Positions 39,631-50,485 of a DNA stretch of 64,000 bases are shown piece by piece. Source of the stretch: Chlorokybus atmophyticus (Eukaryota > Plantae > Mesostigma and Chlorokybus algae); assembly GCA_009103225.1 (NCBI GenBank), contig RHPI01002119.1, forward strand, positions 373,912 through 437,911, written 5' to 3'. Within the stretch, counting starts at the first letter, position 1; every line of letters starts with the position of its first letter. The notes below the pieces were generated by a model. It saw nothing but the letters and a program-made list of their open reading frames with translations. It did no database searches and was not told the origin of the DNA. Made by a program: the position numbers and the translations under genes.

Positions 39631-41599
39631 TGCTCGCTGCCAGCTGGCGCCTGGCCCCCAGAGGATCTGTATGGGTCAGTTCTGCCGTGAGCGAACGGCC
39701 CGCGCTGGACCTCCTCACGCCACGCCATGGCGTTCTCCTCGAACGCTCTCGCCACATACTCCATCGCCTGGACGGGGACAGAGTGTGTAACCAAAAGCTA
39801 AGCACATGCGGCCATACACACATATGTTGCCAACAGTGTCCTTACGCGGGCGATGTTGTCACGAAGGCCGTAGGCAGACTTGAGCAAGTCCATGACGTCC
39901 GAGTGGACGTTCTGCTCCTCGCACTGATACTCCTGCATCACCGACATCGTTTCGTGCTCCAGCCTCCTCGCCTCATCCTGAAACTTGGCCAGCAGCTCAT
40001 CTTGCTCCTGATACGCGGATGATGACAACAGTCGGTTGTGTACACATGCACACCCCAACATCATCATCATCTTGCCTGGGGTGAGGCCTTGGCGAGTGCC
40101 TCGCGGTGTCTCTCGTACGCCTTCTCGACGCGGTCGCGTGCGTCGTACTTGCGCGCCTCCTTGTACTCGAGGGCCTCCACGCGCCGCACCAGCGCGTCGT
40201 ACCTGTCAAGCCACTCCTTCACAGGGGCAAGTTGCTCCTCGAGACGCTTCTTCAGACGGTCGGGCATGTCCTTCAGACGAGAGGCATTGCCCAAAGGCCC
40301 TGATCACGAAGTAACAATCAGTGGTGATATGTTGACACACTATACTTCGCACAACACACACGCGTGCTAGTGTGGTGTATCAGTGGCGATTTTGATGACA
40401 CTCTGTTTGCACAACACATGTATAGCGCGCGTTTGCGCATACGCGCATGCTTGTGAGTGCTCTCATGCTCACGCTTACGCTCACACATGCGCTTGTGCAC
40501 ACAAAAATATTACTCACCGGCGTTTTCCCAGTCTACTTCTTCAAAGCGCAGGATCTTTTTCTCGATGATAGGCTCCTCGATGCGCTCCACGTGGGACGGT
40601 GCCTGCACCACGACGGGTTCCACCACGCGCTGCTGCTGCGTGACGCCGCCTTCAGGTACCCATCCTGCTGTCGTTCCTGTAGTTGTTGTTGTGCCTGTTG
40701 TTCCCATGGTTGTTGTCGTTGTGCCCGTCATTGGCGTTGTCGTGGTGGCGGTGGTTGGGCTTGTGGTCGATGTGGGTGAGGAGCTCTCGTGGTGTTTGGA
40801 GCCGCTGGTGAGCTTGTCTTTGACTTTGTTCAGGAAGCCCTTCTTGTGGCCTTCACCCTCGCCCGAGCCCTCTTCTGTTGTTGTTCCTCCGGTGGTCGTG
40901 TACGCATGCTGTTGTTGTTGTTGCTGTTGCTGTTGTTGGGTTGTTGTTGTTGTAGTAGTGTAGGGAAAGGCGGTTGTTGTCTGACCCGCACCGCCCCCAC
41001 CCGAAACCACGCCCGTGACGATACCACCCACATCGCGCTCCGCAACATAGCCGCGCTCCACCACCTTCTCCACCGTCTGCATGTAGGTAAACAGAAACAC
41101 AATCAAGCCTTTCCAACCACGTCCCACACCCCGACATAACCCCCACATGCGTGCACACAGTCTGCCCCCCGCACGCAGCTTGCGTGTGTCTCAAACATCA
41201 GTCCCAGAGCAGGCAGTACTTTGCACAAAGAGCAGACTGCATGGTGGTGGTGACAGCAACAACAACCACCACTCGCCCCCCTCACCTGCACGACGATCTG
41301 CGGCTGTATCTCCCTCTCCCTGACCCTGTACCCCATGAGCGTCTCCACCTCCCTCTCTCCTCCCCTCAGCCCCGGCAGTTCCGCCTCCAGCAGCCGCCTG
41401 CTCCCCTCGAAGAAGCGCGTGTCGATGGACGCCAGGTCCGAGTGGGAGGCGCGGGTGCGGACGGCGAAGTCGCGCAACTCCTCCAGGATGGCGCGCGTGC
41501 GGCGGGCGGGGAAACCGGCGTCGGCGGGGAGGCGAGGGGCCTGTGTGAGAGAGAGTGAGAGAGAGCGAGAGCGAGAGCGAGAGCGAGAGCGAGAGCGAG

Positions 41600-41637
<38 letters not shown>

Positions 41638-42257
41638 TCATTGTGTGCGCACCTGCACACACACACGCACACAACAGGAGAGGGGGAGAGGGAGAGGGAG
41701 AGGGAGGGAGGGAGGTGTTTCTGCTTGGCTTACTGATAGGGCGAGGAAGCGTCTGCGTTCTATGCGTGGTTGGACGTCCACTGTAGTGAAGACCTCTTCG
41801 TGGATGACAGGGGGCTCCAGCTTCTCCATGTGCTGCGTGTTGGGTACGGGGTGAGTCGAGCGGTACAACACTGTGGGGGGATGTGACGGCATTGACGTTC
41901 ACACGCAGCGCGGTCTCATGGCATGCATGCTGGTGTGTACGGAGGTCGTGCATGCACAGGCCTGGCAGGCAGCCATTGCATAGCGCATGCACACACAAGC
42001 AGTAGAGTAACTTACATGCATGCATGCACGGTGCCCAAAAGCAAGGGTAGGTCACAGGTTAGTAACAAACACACACACAATGTCCTATTGCATAACTCCA
42101 TGCACACAGAGCGCTGCAGCAACTCAGTGCAACAGCCCCTCCTGACCTCGCCATGGAGGACGCCGGTGATGCCCTTGGTGCCTGGCTCCACCTTCACTTC
42201 GCACGGGACCCCAGCCATGGCGCCGGCGACCGCAACAAGGGCGACGATGGCGGCCAC
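39453..42257 (-). CDS. Unknown-family protein, paralogue A (helical BAR-like region, disordered Thr/Gly insert with K-segment-like motif, poly-Gln tail); start uncertain (first in-frame ATG at 42218)
   Basis: Exon-by-exon similarity to the copy at 43.8-46.3 kb: GVLHGE|HM.KLE...EVFTTVDVQPRIERRR.LALS|APRLPADAGFP...EELRDFA...LPGLR...EVETL.GYRVRER, EEVDWE.AGE, RL.EQLAP, EALEYKE..KY.AR and AMEY.A.AFEENA.AWREEV..GPF. Confidence 0.8.
41547..41634. repeat. (GA)n/(GAGAGC)n microsatellite forming the pyrimidine tract of a paralogue A intron on the minus strand
   Basis: Directly visible run gagagagagtgagagagagcgagagc...gagagaga, next to the 3' splice site. Confidence 0.9.
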
Positions 42258-43783
42258 AACCTCACCTTGCCACCAGCATTTGTAGCTTGGTTATGCACGC
42301 TCCTTTCCTTTCCAAGCCTCAGCTCTCGCTCCTTTCTCTTGCTGCTGGCAATTGTTGTAACCACGCGTTTGCACCCAAGAGTGATGGCACCTCTCAAGCA
42401 TTGGGTTGCTACGTCAACGCGCTCACTGCAGCCCCTGCTTTACGAGAGATTGACACGAGTTTGAGAGGCTTGTAAGCTAGGAGACCTGCTGCTTGCAGCA
42501 ATGACACGTTTGCTCTGGCATTGTCATTCACTTGTCACCGCAGTTGTCATATCTCCTGTGCTGTACTGCACTACAGCAGTACCGCTCTGTACTGCACTGC
42601 TTGCTTGCGCTGTTGTATGCACCATACGGCGTCACCAGTGACTCATGGTGCCGCTGGCGTTCCTTATTGTGGTTGGCACCTCTGTCTCTCTCTCCGTCAC
42701 AAGTCCAATGGCTTTGACAAAGAGGAGTCTGTTGCGCTGCGTTAGGGCCATGCATAGAGGACAACAGGTGGTTCTACATGCACGTGATAAGTGTTGCGAC
42801 TGCGTGATCAAGGTATTGGCGTACTTCAATCTGGAGTAGGTAAAAGTTCCACGTGCAGTGTGTAAAAAGACTGCAATGCGAACATTACAGTGTAGCGCTG
42901 TGTGCATACCCACAGGGTGTGTTCCTTTGCACCCTGGTTGCATTTATTTGAATTATGAAGCGTAATGCAGGTGCAATTTTCATGTTCACTCAGGCCAAAG
43001 AGAGTCTACATATTAGTGAACATTAAACATCATGTCATATATCATGTATCACGCATATCCACAACGCGCACAGCATACTCAGCGTACACGCACAGCACAT
43101 GATTCATAGAGCACACAAAAAATGTATACTCGCATCATTAACACACAAGCAACGCATATGTCAGCTGTATCAAGCAAGTTGAAGGGCGCGCACACATACT
43201 GTCAATGTCACAAGTAGACAGTCTGGGTGCAGGTGACAGCCAGGTAGAAGCTACCATCCTTCGCTAGGTCAATCCTCAAGGTTGTTGTTAGTTCTGTTGG
43301 TTGAGGCTCTCAGGCAGCAACATAATATGCCATAATCGGGTATAAGTACACAGTCAGAAAACAAATATCAAGCGCCACACCTGAGTATACACAGTATATC
43401 ATTAATGGCGCAACAGAGAATGTGTGTAACACAACATCCGCAGCTTGCAATATGTCTTACAACATTACATGCTGTGCAGGTGCCAACGCATGCATACATT
43501 ACAGCGCCGGATAGCATGCACGCACACAAACACAATCACCAACACACTGCGAGAATGCGATGGAAAAGGATCTGGAAAAGAAAGAAAAGATAGAAAGAAG
43601 GAAAGAGGATCTACCTAGCATGCTAGACTTCTGTACAGTTGCGGTTGTACAACAAGCTGCATCTCTAAAACCACTACCGCTTGCATTAAAAACACCCTCA
43701 GCAGCGAGTACCACTTCCATTCAACTATCTCATCTTCGAATACATTTACAGCTACTGATTCTGTACAAGCTCAGTCAGTCCTC

Positions 43784-46255
43784 TCAATAAGCTGCGGAGG
43801 TTGCAGGCTGTCCATATGTGTTGGTGGCAGCCACGGGTGTCTTGGACGGGTATCCGGGTGCGCTGCTGTAGGCAGAGGTAGGCTGCTGCGACTGCTCCTG
43901 CTCCAGGAGGTTATCGTGGACGTAAGGGCCGACGGTACGACCGCCGGAGAAGGGACCGTTGGGAACCTCCTCGCGCCAGGCTAGCGCGTTCTCCTCGAAG
44001 GCCTTGGCAAGGTACTCCATGGCCTGTTGGCAAGAGAGAGATAGTAAGATGCATGACATACTATAAATGCAAGCGCGTATGCAGTCTGTATGCGTGCCAT
44101 AGTACATAGACATTAAGTGGCAATCTCTTACCCTGGCGAGGTTTGCGCGCAGGGAATAGGCGGACTTGAGCAGTGACATAAGCTCAGCGTGGAGAGCCTC
44201 CTCATCGCGCTGGTACTCCTGCATGGCAGCCATGGCCGCACGCTCAAGGGTCTGCGCCTCAGTCTGGTAGGTGGTTGCCAGGGTACCTTGCTCCTGAGAC
44301 AACAACCAAACCATGTCACACACTTCACAAACAAAAAAGAGCTGAAAAGTATAGCCTCCAACTCCTCACCTCTACGGATGCGGCGCCCAAGCTCTCCTTA
44401 TGCCTTGCATATGCGCGCTCCAGAGACTCGCGCGCCTCATACTTGGCAGACTCCTTGTACTCAAGGGCCTCAATGCGGCCGCGCATGGCATCGTAGGTCG
44501 CCAGCCATGCACGGATGGGGGCGAGCTGCTCCTGGAGACGCGTGCGGAGACGTGTGTTCATGTCGCGAAGGCGAGAACTGTTGCCAACGGGACCTGAAAA
44601 GGTAATAATATTGTCAGAGTCAAGCAAATGTGGGCTCAAGTAATACAGGTGCCAACATATTTTATAGGTGCAATGTGGATATGCATGTGCGTGTGTGCAA
44701 ACGTGCATGTGTGCAAGCGTTGGAAACTCATCTCTCACCTGCTGCTTCCCAGTCGACTTCCTCATAGCGGAGTGCCTGCTTCTGGATGATAGGTTCCTCG
44801 ACCTTCTCCACACGTGCAGGTCCCTGAACAACCACAGGCTCACCAACACGCTGTGCGTTGGCCGCAATAGCTCCAGTTCCAACACTTGTTGTGACAAAGT
44901 CCGACGAGGTTGGTGTGGTCATCCCCATGGTTGGGGTGGACGATCCCAGGATGGGGCTTCCTCCTGTCATCATGTGAGGCTGGCCCGTAGGCATGCCACC
45001 GTGCATGGGTGAGGAAGACTGGAAGCCAGTTGTTGGCGACATGGTTTGGCCAGCAGCGTATGTTGGAGATGTTGTGTCGGAAGATGTGTCGGTGGAGGAC
45101 TTGCCAAGGACCTTATCTTTGATCTTGCTGATGATGCCTTGCTTCTTTGGCTGACCCTCGTGATCGTACTCTTCCTGTCCCTCAGTAGGAGAAGCGTAGC
45201 TCATCGGGCTGCTTGACGTTGTATAGGAGGACGTTTGCGTGGTTGTCGCACCGGGAAGACTTGAGCTGAACGCGCCACCCATGGACGAAGTGGTGATGTT
45301 GGTTACAACTCCACCCACCTCTTGCTCAGAGATATACTCCCTCTCGGTAACTTGCTCCACCGTCTGTACGATCGCTTGCGGCTGCACAATTCTCTCCCTG
45401 ACACGGTATCCCAACAGAGTCTCCACCTCAGCTGTCTCCAGTCTCAGGCCGGGCAACTCAGCGCCGAGGAGAGAGGCGGATGCGTCGAAGATGTTGGTGC
45501 CAAAGTTGGTGAGGTACTCGTAGGAAGCGCGGTTGCGCTCGGCAAAGTCACGCAACTCCTCCCAGATGGCGCGGTCGCGCTGGATGGGGAAACCAGCATC
45601 GGCGGGGAGGCGAGGAGCCTAATATGATGAGAGAGCGATGGTTAGTCAATGACTTGGCTGTTAGTTGTGTGCCAACCACTTACTGTGCAACACTCCACAT
45701 TGTGCGTATGTGTGGAACACGGGCAGGTATGGATAGAAAGGGATAGAGAGAGGCTTACCGAGAGGGCGAGGTAGCGGCGGCGTTCAATGCGGGGTTGGAC
45801 GTCGACGGTGGTGAAGACCTGTTCCTGCACTATTGTGCGCTCCAGCTTGCCCATGTGCTGCAGATGGTCACACGTCAGGTCAGTAAGGCAAGACATGGAT
45901 GCATGTGTGTAGTAAAAGAAATAGCTCGTTTGCATGGGGGAGGTATACTAAGAATCAATGCAAGCCAGATATAACACTTGTCTTGTCATCACATTGCGGT
46001 CACGGCCCAGGGCATTCACAGTGCATGTGACAGCTGACCACGCACTGAAGACACCAGTCATGCAGACACGTATACACACAGTTGCCTTGTAGTTGTCACC
46101 TCTCCATGGAGCACGCCCTGGAGGCCCCTGTGTCCAGGCTCAAAGGATTGGGCCACTCCAGCAACAGCTGAGCCCAGCCCAGTTCCAGCCATGCCTTGGG
46201 TTATGCCCTGGGTCGTGCCTGTCGTCCCATACGTGGGAGTTGTTGACGTCTGCAT
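43784..46255 (-). CDS. Unknown-family protein, paralogue B (tandem duplicate of the 39.5-42.3 kb gene)
   Basis: MQTSTTPTYGTTGTTQG...GVLHGE|HMGKLE...TTVDVQPRIERRRYLALS|APRLPADAGFP... and the same downstream blocks as paralogue A, ending QPATSAAY*. Confidence 0.82.
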
Positions 46256-47753
46256 CCTTTACGAACTCAAGCTCGCACAAAAACAACGACACTCTTCCAA
46301 TGCCACCACAAGCTCACTAGTGCTTGCTTGCTTGCTTGCTCACAAGCTGCTGCTCCGCTGATCAACAAGAGTCCAAAGTCGAAGCTGCAAGTCGGAAGCT
46401 AACGAATACCGACCTATGCAACAAGCAGGCATATATACTGGTGCACTGAACACAGCCCGCTTGCCAGTTACGCTGGACACTGCTCACTTGCATGCACAGG
46501 AGATGGGGCATGCCTCAACAGATACGATTGTCCATGGCCATGGCCATGGCGTATCCGTTGGGATACAGTGTGCTATCCCTCCTCCTTGCAGAAGCAAGCG
46601 TAATCAAGGCGGATTGCCGTATCCGCATCGGACCGAGTGAGGCCAGCTGGCACGCGCTTATGCAGGGGGCGGGTTTGGGACTAGTGTTGGGGTGTCGTGC
46701 TTGCAGTTGTGTGCCCGAGTAGGGCGTGTTTGGGACCGTTATGCGGAGAGTAATCCGGGATCTTGGTTGGGAGAAGGTTTGCTGCTTACGTCAGCAGACT
46801 GTCGCAATCATGTGCATAGGGAGATCTGTTCTTTGCGTTATGTTTATCCGTTTCGAGATTGTCACATGAAAGAAATGAGGCTGCATGAATTAGGTCAGTG
46901 CCTGTACATTATTGAAGTACGGTTGATGGAAGATCTATTGCATGGCCAAGTCATGGAAGCAAGCATCATGGTAGTGCCATACCCAGATATCCACACAAAT
47001 CAGGGTCACGGTTACACGCCTTTGACCTGATTGTTAACGATCTCTCCAAGCGACTAATGTTTGGACTGGTACAGTGTACTTGCTGGCGCATCAAAAGGGC
47101 TACTCTAAACACCGCAGCTCGCTCATAGGTACATCTCTTGGACGACAATGCCACCCCCTTCACTCTTGTCAACTTGTCACGCGTCAACAAGCGCATGCCA
47201 CTGTGTCGTTTACTTGAAACAGATCTCGAGCGCGCCACGTGTTACCTCTGCTCTGACACCCATCTTCTCAATTGACGTGGCGCGCTACCCTATGCCGCGT
47301 CACATCAAGGCCCGCTGACAGATTCGCCGCGCATAGCAGTCTCAAATTGACTAGCACTCAGTATGCGGCGTCTTGTATGCCGCAGCACCTGTAGCGGATA
47401 TCGTCATAAGCTGGCCTATGTTGCGTATATCGACACATGAGGCTTACGTAACGTCAGCTCACGTGACGGTTTGGCTTCCCGATTTACTTACTGACCAACC
47501 CTTTTTTTGATATCTGCTTTAGCACCATAAAAGACACTGGTAATTTGGTTGGATTTCGACGGGATCCGGTTAACTGTTGAGCAGCAGCCTGCTATTAGCA
47601 GGAGAGTAACTGCGATGTGAGGGGTGGCGTGCAACTGCATGCGGAGTGCGGCGGCGGCGGCGGCGGCGGCGGAGAGACGCTGAAGAAGCGCCACGTGTTT
47701 GAGGAGACAGGCTTCAGAGAGTCTTGTAGGGTAGGGTCCAGTAGCTAGGCACA

Positions 47754-48271
47754 ATGATGGGGGGCTTCAACTCTCAGGAGGACATGGTGGGTGTACATTT
47801 TCTCAGCGACGTGATGCATATGTGTTAGTTACTTGGGTGATTGTTACTCACGCAGTAAGCAACAGGTTACACATGTGTGATTCAAGTCTCACAACTCCAC
47901 TTGGCTAGCTTCTTCACATGCATGCAGGTGGCCAGCTTCAAGGCGTTCCTGAAGAGGGAAGAGAACAGAGAGATCGTTGCTGAGCACACCCGACAAGGTG
48001 CCAACGCATGTGCTTGACTTGTGTTGGAATGATGCTGCACACGTGATGCAAGAGAAGGTCATATCTCCTTGCAGAGGTGGACGAGTGGTTCAAGTTGGAT
48101 CGGCAGATCCGCGTGGCGGATTTTGACGAGCGCTTCAAGGCCCTCGACAAACGCACACAAGCGCAACTCATGGTAACGCTCGTGAATGTGTATAAACGAA
48201 CGCATGAGCATGCCCCATGAAAACATTGTGTGCACGCACTATCACATGGTTGCCTGCATACACATGCCAGT

Positions 48272-48317
<46 letters not shown>

Positions 48318-50485
48318 TAGACTACACACATGCGTGCACCCACGCACTGGACCACCCACATGCACACATGTTCACACGCACGCCAACGCGACACAATCTC
48401 CGTGCAGCCCTACATGAAGTACAAGTGTCTTCACCCTGTCCTTCTGAGTTTCTGCAACGACAGAGACGCCGACTTCAACAAGTGCGGTTCCGCATCGCAT
48501 CGTTGCCCGCGCGGGCCGAGAACGCGACACGTCATTGTTCGTATGTGATGACCACACAGGTGGGCGGAGAACGGGAAGGTGATGGGACTGCTGGCGACGC
48601 TGAAGAGACAGCTGGATGAAGGCAAGGTCACGGTATGAAGGCTGTGCGCACGCGTGTGGGTGGGTGTGGGTGTGGGTGTGGGCACGCAAATCTGTGTTGC
48701 GCGTGCATGTGTGTATGCTTGCGCGTGTGTCTTGTCCGTCGTATCCATTCTTTCAACTAGACTTGACCTGGCATTGACACACATGCACATACGCACAGGA
48801 AGAGGAGGTGTTGAGACGGATGCGGGCAATACTGAGCGACCCCACGCAGGAGCACCACCGAGAGTATCTGTTGGTACCCACATGCCAGCTGCATCTTGGT
48901 AGTCATCATCATCGGGACTCCATATCTATGGGTCATGATGTTCACCCCATAGATTGCAGTAGCACGCACTCAACATGAGTTGGTCATGATGTTCTCAATA
49001 AATCAACTTTGCTGCCAGGAGTCCAGACAGAAGGTGCGCGTGACGACCGAGTACCTCATTCAAGCCCTCAACGAGCAGGTTCTCCGCTTCATGTGCGCAC
49101 GTTTGCTTGCGCATGTGCATATATATCGTGTGTGTTCGCTGCTTAGAGTCCCACAAAGTGCATAAAGCACCGCACAGCCTCGTTGCATGGCTAACCCACT
49201 CAAACTGATACATTCTGTCGTACTCTGTTACTGACTCTGATTCCCCCCACCGTTTGTTCACTCGTGACCCGATCGCAGCTTGAGCTGAGGGCGGCTGGAA
49301 ACAAGCTGTACGCTGCAAGAAGGTTTGACGAGGCCCTGGAGAAATACATTAAGGTGGGTGGGTGTGAGTTGACATGGCTGGTGAGTGTTCATGTTGTCGT
49401 GCATGCATATGCGTACGTACATGTGTACGTGCAAGCGGGTGTGTATATGCGCATGTGAACGGGCACTAACACTTGCACGTGGATGTGATGACCTTCCTGT
49501 TGATGCGGGTGGGCGCATACGTTTACTGTTCAATGTGTGTGTGCTTCACCTCAGGCGCTCGTTGTTATGAACTTTGTGGAAGCCGGCAGCACAATGGAGC
49601 AGACAGGTGAGCGTGCGACATCACACCTTGTCATCGTAACAACAACAACAACAACAACGACGACGATGACAACGTGGTCGTATGCTTCCTGCAGAAGTGG
49701 ACAACAACAAAGTGATCTGCTTGCTCAACATAGCTGCTGGTACGCACACATGCGAGTATGACACATCTAACTGATCTCTGTCTCATGGTGTGGTTATGTC
49801 CAGTGTCCATATGCATGCACGCTGATATCAGCATGTTCATCACCTTCCCCACCTGCAGTTGGGATCGAGAAGAAAGAGTTTGGCAGCGCCATATCACACT
49901 GCACACAGGTGATGATGACGCAACAACCACAAACATAGTATCACTGTGATGGTAGTATGGAAAAACAACCACACACGGTCAGTCCAAACATAAACAGCCT
50001 ACTGATGGTTTGAATGCTGGGCTTGTCGTTCAGGCGCTTCAAGTGCAGCCGCACAGCGCGAAGTCTCTCCTGCGCCGGGCCAAAGCGTACGTCAGTCGCG
50101 GAGACTACAAGGCAAGCAACCACAACAACAATGTTGTGAGTGCATCATGTTGCTGATGAGCGACAGTCACGTGACTGGGGCGTGCTGCAGGAGGCGCGGG
50201 CGGACTTGGAGAAGGTTCTAGAGTTGGACCCTGGCGACTGGACTGCCAAGGAGGAGCTGCAGCGACTGGTATGGTTTTGTTACTGATGGTTGTTTTCCTG
50301 TCGGGTTGGGTTGGGTGATTTTGTGCGTGCATTTGCGTGCATGCGCGTCTGTCCATGCACATGTGCGTGTGCGCGTGTGTGCATATTGTGATTGCCATGT
50401 ACTGCAGGGCAAGGCGAGGCAGCAGAGTAAAGGCAGAGACATGCAGCTGTACGCCAACATGCTGCAAGTGTCTTCATCGGAGTAG
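47754..50485 (+). CDS. TPR-repeat co-chaperone-like protein (three C-terminal TPRs of FKBP/Cyp40 type; unassigned N-terminal half), multi-exon
   Basis: LELRAAGNKLYAARRFDEALEKYIK|AL, ICLLNIAA|VGIEKKEFGSAISHCTQ|ALEVQPHSAKSLLRRAKAY, EARADLEKVLELDPGDWTAKEEL and GKARQQSKGRDMQLYANM. Confidence 0.8.
48274..48315. repeat. (AC)n microsatellite, intronic
   Basis: Directly visible run of ~21 AC units. Confidence 0.95.

Noticed and set aside
39261-40022. Long plus-strand Leu-rich ORF and similar ORFs in the track (e.g. 40457-40963, 55999-56502, 56508-57242)
   Set aside because: These are antisense shadows of low-complexity coding sequence (poly-Gln, Thr- or Asn-rich) on the opposite strand.
47250-47262. 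Reverse-strand TGGGTGTCAGAGC resembling the tRNA-Met PBS TGGTATCAGAGC
   Set aside because: Imperfect match, with no adjacent LTR boundary or gag-like sequence.
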